DNA from: a virus
Taxonomy: Duplodnaviria; Caudoviricetes
DNA length: 64,000 nucleotides
Reading direction: 5' to 3' (one strand)
Virus record (IMG/VR): IMGVR_UViG_3300037067_002514
Coordinates: 26,044-90,043 of that record
The notes under the pieces were generated by a model. The model was not told the DNA's origin, searched no databases, and saw only the letters and a list, made by a program, of their open reading frames with translations. Position numbers and translations under genes: made by a program. Below, in pieces: positions 29,340-39,546 of this stretch (its first letter is position 1; each line of letters opens with the position of its first letter).

Positions 29340-31352
29340 TTATAGCCCCCCTTTATTAAATACTTCCCAATTTTCAATTAACCACTTATCAGTCTCTAGT
29401 ATTCCCTCTTCTAGGCTAACTGTAGAATTCCAACCTAATTCACTATTGGCTAAACTAGAATCCATATTGTAGTCTAAGTCCTTACCTCTTCTATCTGGTG
29501 AATTAGTTACTAAATTATTAAAATTATATCCAGTTAAGTAACAAGTAAATTCAACTAATTCCTTTACACTAAGGTATTCAGAACCAGAGAAGTGATATAC
29601 TTTGTCATGCTTACCAGTATTAACCAAGTCTATAATTCCTTTTGCCACATCTTTACGATGAACAAAAGATCTCCTAGTTTCACCATTACCATCTAATCTA
29701 AGTATACCACAATTATGTATTGTTGTCAAAGTTTTTGGGACTATTCTGAATAGTTGTTGGCATGAACCATATATATTAGCAAATCTGGATAGGACATAGG
29801 GGAATCTATATTGTTTGTACATAACTTCTAAGTACATATCAAATGCTGCTTTAGAGTTGTGACTAATAATATCTTGTTCTATAATATAATTATGATTATC
29901 CGCAACTTCTATGTCAATTACATCACCACAATAATTACTTAATAAAGGTTTATCTATTGGTTGCCAAACTATATTACCTTCATTTGTTCTTTGAGATTTA
30001 ATGATAGGACATGGTTTATTATAAAGCTTCAAACTTGGTATAGTATCAAAAAATAATCCTACAGATTTAGAGTCTGTTATTATTACCTTATCACCATTTA
30101 TATATGAATAAATACCCAAACGAGATAGTAAATACTTTATCTGTCTAATTAATACAGGAGAATGAGACCCAAATTCTAGTTTATTATTACAATAGCAACC
30201 ATCTGCATCAAAATATCCCCCTAAAAATTCCTTAATATTATCTATAGAATTATTAATAATTTCTTGTGGTAGTACTTTATTAACCGCTTTCTTATCTAAT
30301 CCTAGACTCTGTATTTGTCTAACTAAAGAAATATCCCCTTTGTAAGCATACCAACAATTTTTACTTTTGTGTTTTAATAAATACCCACCACCTATTAAAT
30401 TTATATAATATTCAACAAAATCTTTTTTTTCGTCTGCTAATGTTATGGTTTGTTGTCTAGTAGTAGTTATGTTTTTACTTCCCTTTTTAATATAACCATC
30501 ACCTACAAAATAACCTAAAAATCTGTTAAAACTAGCATTGAAATAATTAGTAATATCTCCATAATTTTCTCTGGTTGTAGCTACCCAATCTCCCTTCTGC
30601 AACTCCTTAGCAGTAACCCAAGTGGTGTTCAATGCCCCAATATCTTGGCGATAATCTAATTTATTGTTGTATCTTTTAGGTCTTTTGACTAAAAATTTAT
30701 GGTTGGGGGTACACCTTATTTTTCTATTTCTTATGTTGACTTCTAATAATTCTTTACAATTATACTTAAAAACATTGGTTACATTTTTTGATTCTACCTT
30801 ATTAGTAAGAGTATTTATACTTTGAACTAAGTCTCCAATAACAATATCTTTTATTGCTTTTTCTGTTCCATTTGACAGTAAAACTAAAGTATCTGGATGT
30901 AGACATGCAGCATAAGGAGTAGTAGGGTTATATATTTTTGACTCTTTGAACAGTTTAGGTTTGTTTCCATAAACTTCTGGAGTTGATGAGTGAATAAACT
31001 TCTGTAAATAAGTTTGAGTATTGAGATATTGTACTATTCTAACTAATGCTGAACAATTAACATCAAAGTAATCACTAGGATAATCCCAACTATCATCAAC
31101 TATACCTAATGCTATAAAGTTTAGAACAATAGTGGGTCTTATTCTATCTATAAGGTCTTTAATAGCCTCAAAATCTTCCACTATGTCATAGTGGTACTCT
31201 TTGAAGTTATCTAACTTAGGGTTAGCACTATAGGGTTTAAACATATTATGATTTACTGTTCTCCCTATACCTACAACTTGATATCCTTCGGTTAAAAGGG
31301 CATCAACAGCTATACCACCCATATAAGAGCTACTACCTAATACTAATATCAT
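29340..31352 (-). CDS. NDP-sugar 4,6-dehydratase-like extended SDR with intein (320 aa spliced)
   Basis: HSSTPEVYG; spliced catalytic motif TPYAA/SK; SRFANIYG; RRSFVH. Confidence 0.85.
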   Translation of the reverse strand: MILVLGSSSYMGGIAVDALLTEGYQVVGIGRTVNHNMFKPYSANPKLDNFKEYHYDIVEDFEAIKDLIDRIRPTIVLNFIALGIVDDSWDYPSDYFDVNCSALVRIVQYLNTQTYLQKFIHSSTPEVYGNKPKLFKESKIYNPTTPYAACLHPDTLVLLSNGTEKAIKDIVIGDLVQSINTLTNKVESKNVTNVFKYNCKELLEVNIRNRKIRCTPNHKFLVKRPKRYNNKLDYRQDIGALNTTWVTAKELQKGDWVATTRENYGDITNYFNASFNRFLGYFVGDGYIKKGSKNITTTRQQTITLADEKKDFVEYYINLIGGGYLLKHKSKNCWYAYKGDISLVRQIQSLGLDKKAVNKVLPQEIINNSIDNIKEFLGGYFDADGCYCNNKLEFGSHSPVLIRQIKYLLSRLGIYSYINGDKVIITDSKSVGLFFDTIPSLKLYNKPCPIIKSQRTNEGNIVWQPIDKPLLSNYCGDVIDIEVADNHNYIIEQDIISHNSKAAFDMYLEVMYKQYRFPYVLSRFANIYGSCQQLFRIVPKTLTTIHNCGILRLDGNGETRRSFVHRKDVAKGIIDLVNTGKHDKVYHFSGSEYLSVKELVEFTCYLTGYNFNNLVTNSPDRRGKDLDYNMDSSLANSELGWNSTVSLEEGILETDKWLIENWEVFNKGGL
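29856..30905 (-). mobile_element. Intein with LAGLIDADG endonuclease (350 aa) in the SDR YxxxK motif
   Basis: PYAA/CLHPDTLV...CTPNHKF...FLGYFVGDG...FLGGYFDADG...DIEVADNHNYIIEQDIISHN/S. Confidence 0.93.
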
Positions 31353-31353
31353 T

Positions 31354-32733
31354 TTACCTCTTTAGTAGTGTCTTAGAGTATTCTAATAAATCCTTCTTAG
31401 ACACACTCCTCTTATTTCCAGAATAGGATACCTTTATAGCACCAGCTACACAACCTATAAAACCTACAAGTTCAATGGGGGCATCTACACACATTAATGG
31501 GGACGTTATAGAAAAGAAAGCATCTCCAGCACCAACTGTATCAATAACATTACTAGTCAAAGATGGAATAGTATTATTATAAGCTATACATCCCCTTTCT
31601 CCAGTAGTTATTATTGAAGTTTTTGGTAACTCATTTTGTATAATAATTGATAAGTTATCATCTCTCTCATACTTCTCATGCACTGCTAATCTTAATTCAT
31701 CCTCATCTATACAAATGTATATATTATCTTTCCTATCCCAATATTTTCTAATAGTATTATGCCCCATATTACCAGCATTTCTTTGTGTTGCTACTGCTAA
31801 ATATTTAGCCTTATTCTTTATTAAGTCCCTAACATTCCTAGTTAATAATCCATGTCCAAAATCTGCTACTATTACTAGGTCATAGTCTCTAATGCACTTA
31901 TCTAATGAGTTATGTATAAAAGGCTGGTGTTCACTATATTCATAGGTCTCAAATAATTTTTGATTACCTTCAATATACCTCTTTTTTGTAATAGTACTGG
32001 AATCTACTATATTAACGGTATTAACAAAGGAAGATAGGTGATTTCGTATTGCCCATGAACCCCCTAGATATTCCTCTTTGTTACCCAATTCAAAGGCAAC
32101 TATTGGTGATTTACCCGACTTACCTATTGAATGCCCATATTGGTATATATCTAAAATACTTTCACTAACTACTAGTACTTTTAATTCCTCTATTCTCTTT
32201 ATCCAATCATAAATATCAATATAAGAATATGGAAACTTATTTAAGTACTCTACTGTGTTTTCAGGAAGGCTCATACTATTTATAATCTTAGAAGAACTAA
32301 ATACTTCACCACCAGTAAATACTATTTTACCCCCAACTGAATGTATTGCCTCTTCTTCCTTTGTTATTGCATCATTATCTAGACCTTTATACTCTATACC
32401 CTTAACGTATATGTTTGGTTTAACTAATCTTATTGTTTCAACAGCAGTCTCATATTCATTTACAGCTACATAATCAACTATAGATAGATTTGATAGTAAT
32501 CTTGCTCTTATACTATCTGTAAACATAGGTCTATTAAAGCCTTTATTAACAAACTTATCCTGAGTAACAGTTACTACTAGAATATCCCCTTTTGATTTTG
32601 CCTCCTCAAAGTGTTTTAAATGCCCCATATGTAGTATATCAAATACACCATGACATAATACTACAGTCATTCCTTTACTCTTTAATTCTTCTACTTTATC
32701 AGAGAGTTCACTTAAACTCAATACCTCACTCAT
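31354..32733 (-). CDS. Bifunctional nucleotidyltransferase (N-terminal) + PfkB-family sugar kinase (C-terminal), HldE/RfaE-like with reversed domain order
   Basis: HGVFDILHMGH (HxGH), YVKGIEY, FSSSKII; DFGHG; DTVGAGDAFF. Confidence 0.85.
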   Translation of the reverse strand: MSEVLSLSELSDKVEELKSKGMTVVLCHGVFDILHMGHLKHFEEAKSKGDILVVTVTQDKFVNKGFNRPMFTDSIRARLLSNLSIVDYVAVNEYETAVETIRLVKPNIYVKGIEYKGLDNDAITKEEEAIHSVGGKIVFTGGEVFSSSKIINSMSLPENTVEYLNKFPYSYIDIYDWIKRIEELKVLVVSESILDIYQYGHSIGKSGKSPIVAFELGNKEEYLGGSWAIRNHLSSFVNTVNIVDSSTITKKRYIEGNQKLFETYEYSEHQPFIHNSLDKCIRDYDLVIVADFGHGLLTRNVRDLIKNKAKYLAVATQRNAGNMGHNTIRKYWDRKDNIYICIDEDELRLAVHEKYERDDNLSIIIQNELPKTSIITTGERGCIAYNNTIPSLTSNVIDTVGAGDAFFSITSPLMCVDAPIELVGFIGCVAGAIKVSYSGNKRSVSKKDLLEYSKTLLKR

Positions 32734-34388
32734 GCTAGTTTTTCTCCAAACTTTACTACTTGTGATATCCTATGGGTATCTGGTATTATAACATTACAAA
32801 ATACTGGGTCATTTCCCTTTAATACTCTTTTAATGGTATCTTTTATATCCTTATTGAGTATAACTTCTTCTGTTCTTATCCCATAAGCCTTAGATACCTC
32901 AGTAAAATTAGGAAAACCAATATCATTATAAGCTGAGGCTGTATACCTAGAACCTAACCAATCATCTTGAGTCTGTTTCATCATTGAGTACCCATTATTA
33001 TTAATATTAAATACCTTAATAGGAATATTTAGTAACCTTATTGTGGATAGCTCTTGAATGTTCATTTGTAAAGCACCATCCCCCATTGTAGCTATAATCT
33101 TTTTCCCACTAGCGTAATGTGCCCCTATAGCTGCTGGTAAACACCAACCCATTGATGTATTATTAAAATCTGAGTAAATCCTTTGCTTTTTAAACATGAA
33201 TGATTGCATTAACCATACTAAAGAACTTCCAGTATCACCAAGTATTAAATCATCATCATTAACAAACTTAGATAGGTTATAGAAGAATATACTAGGGTCA
33301 ATGGTGTATGTATAACCATATATATTAGCATAAGCTTGTTTCCAAGAATTAATAGTACAATGCCACTCTAGTATATTATTTAGTTTAAACTTATATGCAT
33401 TTAGCCCAATAGTAAATAATTTCAAATCACAGGATATACCTATAGTTGGATTACTTTTATCAGCCTCACATGAGTCTATATCCACTATAATCTTTTTAGC
33501 CTTTGGTGCAAAATCAGAAGGTCTACTCCCTATCATATGACTATCTAGCCTACTACCTAGCACAAGTAATAAATCAGCATTTTGTACTGTAAGATTTCCT
33601 ACTTTTGAGCCATGTTGCCCAAAATATCCAGCATTTAAAGGATGATTGTAAGGTAGTAATCCTGTAGCCCCCCAAGTCTGTAATACAGGTATTTGTAGTT
33701 TATCTACTAAGGTAAGTACCTCTTTCTCTGCTTTAGATAAAAATACCCCACTACCTAGAATTAAAGCTGGTCTCTTAGCCCTAGTTAACTCATAAATAAC
33801 ATTGTTAATATTGGGGATAGAAAGATCAAGGTATACTTCTGGTACATAGCACTCTAATTTTGAAACATCTACATCCATTCTTTGTATATCATCTGGTATA
33901 TCCACTAGTACAGAACCTTTTCTTCCTTCTTGTGCAATATATACTGCTTTTTGAAGTTCATATTTGATCTTATAAGGGTCTATAACAGTAACTGCATACT
34001 TAGTTACTGGTTTAAAAATACTAACAACATCAGTCTCTTGAAAACCAAGTTGTCTAACTCCACTAGTACCCTTCATCCTTGAAGTAGTAACTTGCCCAGT
34101 TATTGCTAGTAAGGGAATAGAGTCATAATATGCCCCTGCTACCCCAGTTAGCAAGTTAGTAGCACCTGCCCCACTTGTAGCTATACATACCCCTATATTA
34201 CCAGATACTCTAGAATAACCATCGGCAGCCATAGCAGAAGCCTGTTCATGATTATTACAAACATAACTTAATTTTTTACTCTTTGATATAGAGTCTACTA
34301 GGTGTAATACTGCCCCACCATTAACTAGGAACACTTTAGTTACTCCTAAGTTCTCTATAAATTTAACAACAAAGTCAGATACTTTCAT
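32730..34388 (-). CDS. ThDP-dependent enzyme (acetolactate synthase/YerE-like), copy 2
   Basis: HEQASAMAADGY, TSGAGATN, GDGALQMNIQEL...NNNGY. Confidence 0.88.
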   Translation of the reverse strand: MKVSDFVVKFIENLGVTKVFLVNGGAVLHLVDSISKSKKLSYVCNNHEQASAMAADGYSRVSGNIGVCIATSGAGATNLLTGVAGAYYDSIPLLAITGQVTTSRMKGTSGVRQLGFQETDVVSIFKPVTKYAVTVIDPYKIKYELQKAVYIAQEGRKGSVLVDIPDDIQRMDVDVSKLECYVPEVYLDLSIPNINNVIYELTRAKRPALILGSGVFLSKAEKEVLTLVDKLQIPVLQTWGATGLLPYNHPLNAGYFGQHGSKVGNLTVQNADLLLVLGSRLDSHMIGSRPSDFAPKAKKIIVDIDSCEADKSNPTIGISCDLKLFTIGLNAYKFKLNNILEWHCTINSWKQAYANIYGYTYTIDPSIFFYNLSKFVNDDDLILGDTGSSLVWLMQSFMFKKQRIYSDFNNTSMGWCLPAAIGAHYASGKKIIATMGDGALQMNIQELSTIRLLNIPIKVFNINNNGYSMMKQTQDDWLGSRYTASAYNDIGFPNFTEVSKAYGIRTEEVILNKDIKDTIKRVLKGNDPVFCNVIIPDTHRISQVVKFGEKLA

Positions 34389-35252
34389 TTACCAACCTTT
34401 CCTTTTATTAGGGTATGATCTACACCTACATTTACAAGTATTACACTCTTGGGTATTTAATAAGGATAAACCCTCATCTATCAGGTAATCTATACTATTG
34501 AAATCATTGTTATTTATACAGTCTATAACCTTTACATAATTACTCTTTAGAATGTACCCCCACCATACAGTTATAAAATGTTCAACGTTATACCCCATTA
34601 GCTTAAAAAACTGGTCATAATCCTCTCTTAAATACCTTGAAAAGTGATCTCCCCCTAATAAAGGTGTATCAGTATTACATTTATGTGATATAGGGCGAAC
34701 ATTAGCCCACACACTCCACATGTGATTTAGCATAGTTTCATATGACATTAGAAGTTCTAGATTGTAGTATGTATCACCCCCATACTTTTCTACTGTATCC
34801 TTATAAGCCTTATATAAAAATGAATTACAGGGGGATAGTCTTGAAAAGTACCCACTATTGTAAATATCCATTCCAAAACCAAATTTCTGAGCACTATTAT
34901 TTGTGATTATGTTTCCCCAAGGTATTGATATACCCCAAATCCTAGACTTATCTACACTATCCCAAGATTTAACAAGGTAATCATACCACTCTCTGTAGAA
35001 TACAACATCACTATGAGCATAAGCTATTATGTCATACTCTCTAGTAAATGCTTTAAACCCCTTATATATCAGGGTATCAGTAGGACTAATATTGTCAATC
35101 TTTACAAAGTTTATCCTATCACTGATGTTGCACTCTTTATTGTGGGATACTACATAAATATCTTGATCATAACTACTATCTAGAAGTGTCCTGATACACT
35201 CTTTATATGTTTCAGTAGGTGCAACTACAGGTATTATTAAAGCAGTATTCAT
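34389..35252 (-). CDS. GT-A (family 2-like) glycosyltransferase
   Basis: ALIIPVV, YDIIAYAHSDVVF; glycan-cluster context. Confidence 0.55.
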   Translation of the reverse strand: MNTALIIPVVAPTETYKECIRTLLDSSYDQDIYVVSHNKECNISDRINFVKIDNISPTDTLIYKGFKAFTREYDIIAYAHSDVVFYREWYDYLVKSWDSVDKSRIWGISIPWGNIITNNSAQKFGFGMDIYNSGYFSRLSPCNSFLYKAYKDTVEKYGGDTYYNLELLMSYETMLNHMWSVWANVRPISHKCNTDTPLLGGDHFSRYLREDYDQFFKLMGYNVEHFITVWWGYILKSNYVKVIDCINNNDFNSIDYLIDEGLSLLNTQECNTCKCRCRSYPNKRKGW

Positions 35253-35929
35253 TATTTAACACCTACCCCAACTGCAAATAGATAGTGAGCCATATTTGAA
35301 TAACCAGTATGGACAACTTCATCATTCATTGAAAACATAAGTACATTCTCATAGAATCTACTCATCAGATTCTTAAGTGATTTATAATCCTTTAGGTTTA
35401 TATGCTGAACCTCACTTACTTTAGAGGCATACATACTAGCTGACAAGTTAGGTGTACCCATTACATATATACCATTATACTTCAAACTATTTGCTATATT
35501 ATACATAAATTTATCTTCTTTAGACTTATCAAGATGTTCAATAACGTCTATAGAATAAGCACCATCAAACTTTGTGTAACCAGTATCAACGTATAAAGAT
35601 GAGGTACTCATATCATGTACTTTGAACTCAATATTACCTATTGCTTTAAGCCTTTCTTTATTACTCTCTATTAGCCTTCTTTCAGGGTCTATTGCAAGTA
35701 TATACTTAGCTTCTTTAGCTACTATAGGTACCCCAAAACCATCCCCTGCACCTACTTCTAGGATATCCCTCTTTCCTTCCAACATCCTAGATACAAACTT
35801 ATATCTAGATAGTACAAAGCACATATGCTTAGGGTCATTTAACAGGCTATAGGAAGTCCATGAGCCTAGTTTTATCCCCTCTACAAATTGATCTTTGGTA
35901 CCCTCTTTATATGCTTCTTCCTGATTCAT
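35252..35929 (-). CDS. Class I SAM-dependent methyltransferase
   Basis: ILEVGAGDGFG, FDGAYSIDVIEHL, GTPN. Confidence 0.85.
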   Translation of the reverse strand: MNQEEAYKEGTKDQFVEGIKLGSWTSYSLLNDPKHMCFVLSRYKFVSRMLEGKRDILEVGAGDGFGVPIVAKEAKYILAIDPERRLIESNKERLKAIGNIEFKVHDMSTSSLYVDTGYTKFDGAYSIDVIEHLDKSKEDKFMYNIANSLKYNGIYVMGTPNLSASMYASKVSEVQHINLKDYKSLKNLMSRFYENVLMFSMNDEVVHTGYSNMAHYLFAVGVGVK

Positions 35930-37671
35930 TATTCTCCTACCATAAGTCTTTTTAACTCTTCCCTGTCAAGATATGGACACATATCCTCTAAAGGTCTATG
36001 AGAAAAGGTACCATTACCATTATCTATGAAACCCATTGATGGTGTAACCTTTTGTTCTGGTGATACCATTATCTCACAAATACAAGGGTTATTATCTGAC
36101 ATCATTTCTCTTATAGCGTCTATTGACTCAGCATCATTATTAACTCGTATTACTCTAATTCCATACGCTTTACCAACTTTTCTATAGTCTGGAAGAGATA
36201 ACCTCCCTTCAACAGAAGAACCTATATATCTCTTATCTAAGAAAGATTCTTGGGTATGCCTTATAGCTAAATAACCTTCATTATTAAACACCACTATTTT
36301 AATAGGTAAACAATGCTCTACTATAGTTTGTAATTCTTGTATGTTGAATTGAAAACTACCATCACCAACCATGCAGACTATTCTATACCCATTTGAAGCA
36401 AAGCAAGCCCCTATACTTTCAGGTAATCCAGTACCCATTGGTGCTTGGGAAGCTGAAACAATAAGTCTACTACCTTGTCTTAGGTTAATAGCTTGATTAG
36501 ATATGTACAAGGCAGTACCACCACCATCAACAGCATATGAAGATTTATACTTTGATAACTCTTCTATAAAATTGTAAGGATTAACCCAAGTATAATCAAT
36601 AGTGTTACTACTTACCTTATTATATCCTTTATAGGTATTACATTGGGAACGCCAAACTGAATTATCCTTACTAGGTAGAGATATACAATTAAGAAAATAG
36701 TTAGCATCACTAAGAACTTTAAGATCAACCTTTAGATAGTTGTAGTTTAATTCCACTTGATCAATATCAACTACTACTTTTTTAGCTTTAGGTGCAAATC
36801 CCTCTATATTTGTAGATGTTATATTAACCCCTAGATGAGAGCCTATTGATATTAATAAGTCACAATTCTGTATAGCTAAATTAGCTCCCCTGTTACCAGC
36901 TATACCAATTAATCCGATATTTAGGGGATGATAATCATATACTAAATCATGAGAATTCCAAGAGTACACAAAGGGTATCTTATTATCCTCTATAAAATTC
37001 CTAAAACTATCGGCAGCACCAGAAAGTCTTATTCCAGCACCAGCTAGAATTAAAGGTCTCTTTGCTTCACTATATAACTTGCTTAAAGCATCTGACGGAA
37101 TGGTATACATTTTTAAAGATGGCTTAACATATTGTTCTAGTGAATCTACATTTATATCCATCATTTGAAAGTCTAATGGGATATCTACCCAAACAGGACT
37201 TTTCCTACCATTAGTAGCTAGATAAAGTGCTTTGTCTAGGTAATACTTTATCTTTTTAGGATTATCAACTGTCACTGCATACTTAGTAATTTTACTTACT
37301 AGGGAAGTGATATCAAATTCCTGACTACCTAGTTGTCTAATGCCCTTACCTTGGGAAGTGAAGGAATATCTGGATTGTCCAGATATTACTAGAAGTGGAA
37401 TTGAATCAGTCCATGCGGATAATACCCCTGTTAGTGCATTTGTACCACCTGGGCCAGTTGTGACAATACAAACCCCAATATTGTTATTTATCCTTGCATA
37501 TCCACCAGCAGCTAAAGATGCGGCTTGTTCATGGTGCATAAATACTGGCTTTATATCAACCTTACTAATTGAATCAAATATATGTACTGCACCACCACCA
37601 GTAACACCAAATACAGTGTTAACTTTACATTCTTCTTTTATATACTTAGCAACAAAATCAGTTAGTTTCAT
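35929..37671 (-). CDS. ThDP-dependent enzyme (acetolactate synthase/YerE-like), copy 1
   Basis: HHEQAASLAAGGY, TTGPGGTN, GDGSFQFNIQEL...FNNEGY. Confidence 0.88.
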   Translation of the reverse strand: MKLTDFVAKYIKEECKVNTVFGVTGGGAVHIFDSISKVDIKPVFMHHEQAASLAAGGYARINNNIGVCIVTTGPGGTNALTGVLSAWTDSIPLLVISGQSRYSFTSQGKGIRQLGSQEFDITSLVSKITKYAVTVDNPKKIKYYLDKALYLATNGRKSPVWVDIPLDFQMMDINVDSLEQYVKPSLKMYTIPSDALSKLYSEAKRPLILAGAGIRLSGAADSFRNFIEDNKIPFVYSWNSHDLVYDYHPLNIGLIGIAGNRGANLAIQNCDLLISIGSHLGVNITSTNIEGFAPKAKKVVVDIDQVELNYNYLKVDLKVLSDANYFLNCISLPSKDNSVWRSQCNTYKGYNKVSSNTIDYTWVNPYNFIEELSKYKSSYAVDGGGTALYISNQAINLRQGSRLIVSASQAPMGTGLPESIGACFASNGYRIVCMVGDGSFQFNIQELQTIVEHCLPIKIVVFNNEGYLAIRHTQESFLDKRYIGSSVEGRLSLPDYRKVGKAYGIRVIRVNNDAESIDAIREMMSDNNPCICEIMVSPEQKVTPSMGFIDNGNGTFSHRPLEDMCPYLDREELKRLMVGE

Positions 37672-38473
37672 CCCTCACCTTCCAGTTATTAAAACTTCTC
37701 CTTAATTTATACATATCTGGTTCTTCTAGTAGCTTATCCCTAAGTAATCCATATCCCCAACAGTCATTCACTACAGAAAAATTCCTTCCACCAGATACTG
37801 TTTTCCCTTCTTTACAAAGCCAAGTAATACATTTATATATATTATCAAAGCTAGTTCCAGTACCTTTTTCTAAGAACTTTTGGGTCTCTATATGCTTTTC
37901 TGAATTTACTGGTGTATTTTCTAATATAAGGTTATGAGTTTTAGTCTTAGTCCATCCTACACCAACTGTAAAAAAGTTGGTATTAGTATCTTCATTGTCT
38001 AGAAACTCACACATTTTAATAAGCATCAACTTAGAGATAGTATACGCAGAGAAGTCTTTTACTGCATTATTAACACCACCGCCAGAGAAAAATACTACAT
38101 TTGGTCTTGATGATCTCAATGGGTATAATCTATGAAGGAGTCTAAGTTGGTTTATAGCATTTGTATTTACTGACTCTTCCCAAGCATTAAAATCCGATTT
38201 AAAGAAAGGTTCTATAGGAAGAGGATTACAAGGACATAGTATCAAGGTATCCCACCTATAATAAGGTATTAACTTAAGAGAGTTTATAAACCCATCTACA
38301 CTATCCTTAGAATTTATATCACATGGTAATACCATAAATGGCATCCTTACCTTAGACCTAGATGTCCCTATAACTGAATCACCATTGTTTGTAAACCTTA
38401 ATGATAACTCCCTTCCTATATCACTAGATACAGATATAATTAGTATATTACTCAAATGAATAATTCTCCTCAT
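37658..38473 (-). CDS. Short-chain dehydrogenase/reductase
   Basis: IISVSSDIG (degenerate Gly-rich loop), FSGGG, SAYTISK (YxxxK). Confidence 0.75.
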   Translation of the reverse strand: MRRIIHLSNILIISVSSDIGRELSLRFTNNGDSVIGTSRSKVRMPFMVLPCDINSKDSVDGFINSLKLIPYYRWDTLILCPCNPLPIEPFFKSDFNAWEESVNTNAINQLRLLHRLYPLRSSRPNVVFFSGGGVNNAVKDFSAYTISKLMLIKMCEFLDNEDTNTNFFTVGVGWTKTKTHNLILENTPVNSEKHIETQKFLEKGTGTSFDNIYKCITWLCKEGKTVSGGRNFSVVNDCWGYGLLRDKLLEEPDMYKLRRSFNNWKVRDETN

Positions 38474-39482
38474 TTTTACCTGATATTACTGGTCTTATAC
38501 CTAAGTTAATATCAGAACCACCTAACTGCTTTATCCTTTCCTTTTCCCCAACTCTGGATAGTATACTAACACTAGAGGTATCATACCCCTCATATTTTTT
38601 AGGTAACCCTAAATTATTAAATGGGACATTAAACTTATGGTTAACATAATTATCACCACCCCATTTATCTATTAAGTAGTCATTCCTTCTTCTATCAATT
38701 ACTGGAACTACACCCTCATATAATGTTCTACTCCAGAATTCAAATACAACAGAGGAAGGTAGCATATAGCATTTCTGATTCATGATCTTAGCTCTTACAG
38801 CATGATCAAAGTCAACAGCATATATAGGATAAAAATTAACATCCCAATATCCTACTGTTTCAAAGTACTTATACTTATATATTCTATGACCTGGAACAAA
38901 CCAACAGTTATCTCCCATTGATAGGACTTCATGCTTTGGTAAGTCTTTAGAAAGGTCTTTAATAAGAATGTCAACAAATTCCTGTCCTGTGGATTCTATA
39001 AGAGAGTAGTAATCACCTGGAGACCATGTAGCCATAGTACTTGCATTAAGGGATATCCTATTACCACCTTTAAAGTACTTTCTTAAATCTGGGTTAACTG
39101 CAAGATAATAGGGACTCCACCTAGAATCACCAGAAATAACAGAATATGGTGTCTCTTCTGCACCCTTTACTAGCTCATCTATTGTATTAGGAAGAAAGAT
39201 CATATCATTAGCAAAAGCTACTAGGTAGTTGTCCTTATTGTTCTTCCAAGCATAGTCATACATTATATTACAGCAATAAGGAACACCCATATTTTGACCA
39301 TTCTCAATAAGGGTTACATTCTGTGTTTTTAGCCACTCTTGAGTTCCGTCAATAGAACCATTATCTATAACAAGTATCTCATAAGGATATGAGCACTTTA
39401 TAGAATTAAGACACAGTTTAGTATACTTTAAATTGTTAAATGTTACAAAAGATATTATTACTTTCAAGTACCTTACCCCCAA
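38448..39482 (-). CDS. GT-A (family 2) glycosyltransferase (probable TTG start at 39467)
   Basis: ISFVTFNN...EILVIDNGSIDGT...FANDMIF...GYWDVNF...DFDHAVRA. Confidence 0.85.
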   Translation of the reverse strand: MGVRYLKVIISFVTFNNLKYTKLCLNSIKCSYPYEILVIDNGSIDGTQEWLKTQNVTLIENGQNMGVPYCCNIMYDYAWKNNKDNYLVAFANDMIFLPNTIDELVKGAEETPYSVISGDSRWSPYYLAVNPDLRKYFKGGNRISLNASTMATWSPGDYYSLIESTGQEFVDILIKDLSKDLPKHEVLSMGDNCWFVPGHRIYKYKYFETVGYWDVNFYPIYAVDFDHAVRAKIMNQKCYMLPSSVVFEFWSRTLYEGVVPVIDRRRNDYLIDKWGGDNYVNHKFNVPFNNLGLPKKYEGYDTSSVSILSRVGEKERIKQLGGSDINLGIRPVISGKNEENYSFE

Positions 39483-39515
39483 GTTTATGTATGTTTTAAT
39501 TCCTACTCTATATTA

Positions 39516-39543
39516 ATTATACCACACTTTTTGTATTTTGCAA
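39516..39543 (-). promoter_or_regulatory. Sigma70-type promoter at the head of the glycan cluster
   Basis: TTGCAA (39543-39538)-16 bp-TATAAT (39521-39516) with TGTGG extension. Confidence 0.6.
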
Positions 39544-39546
39544 TAG

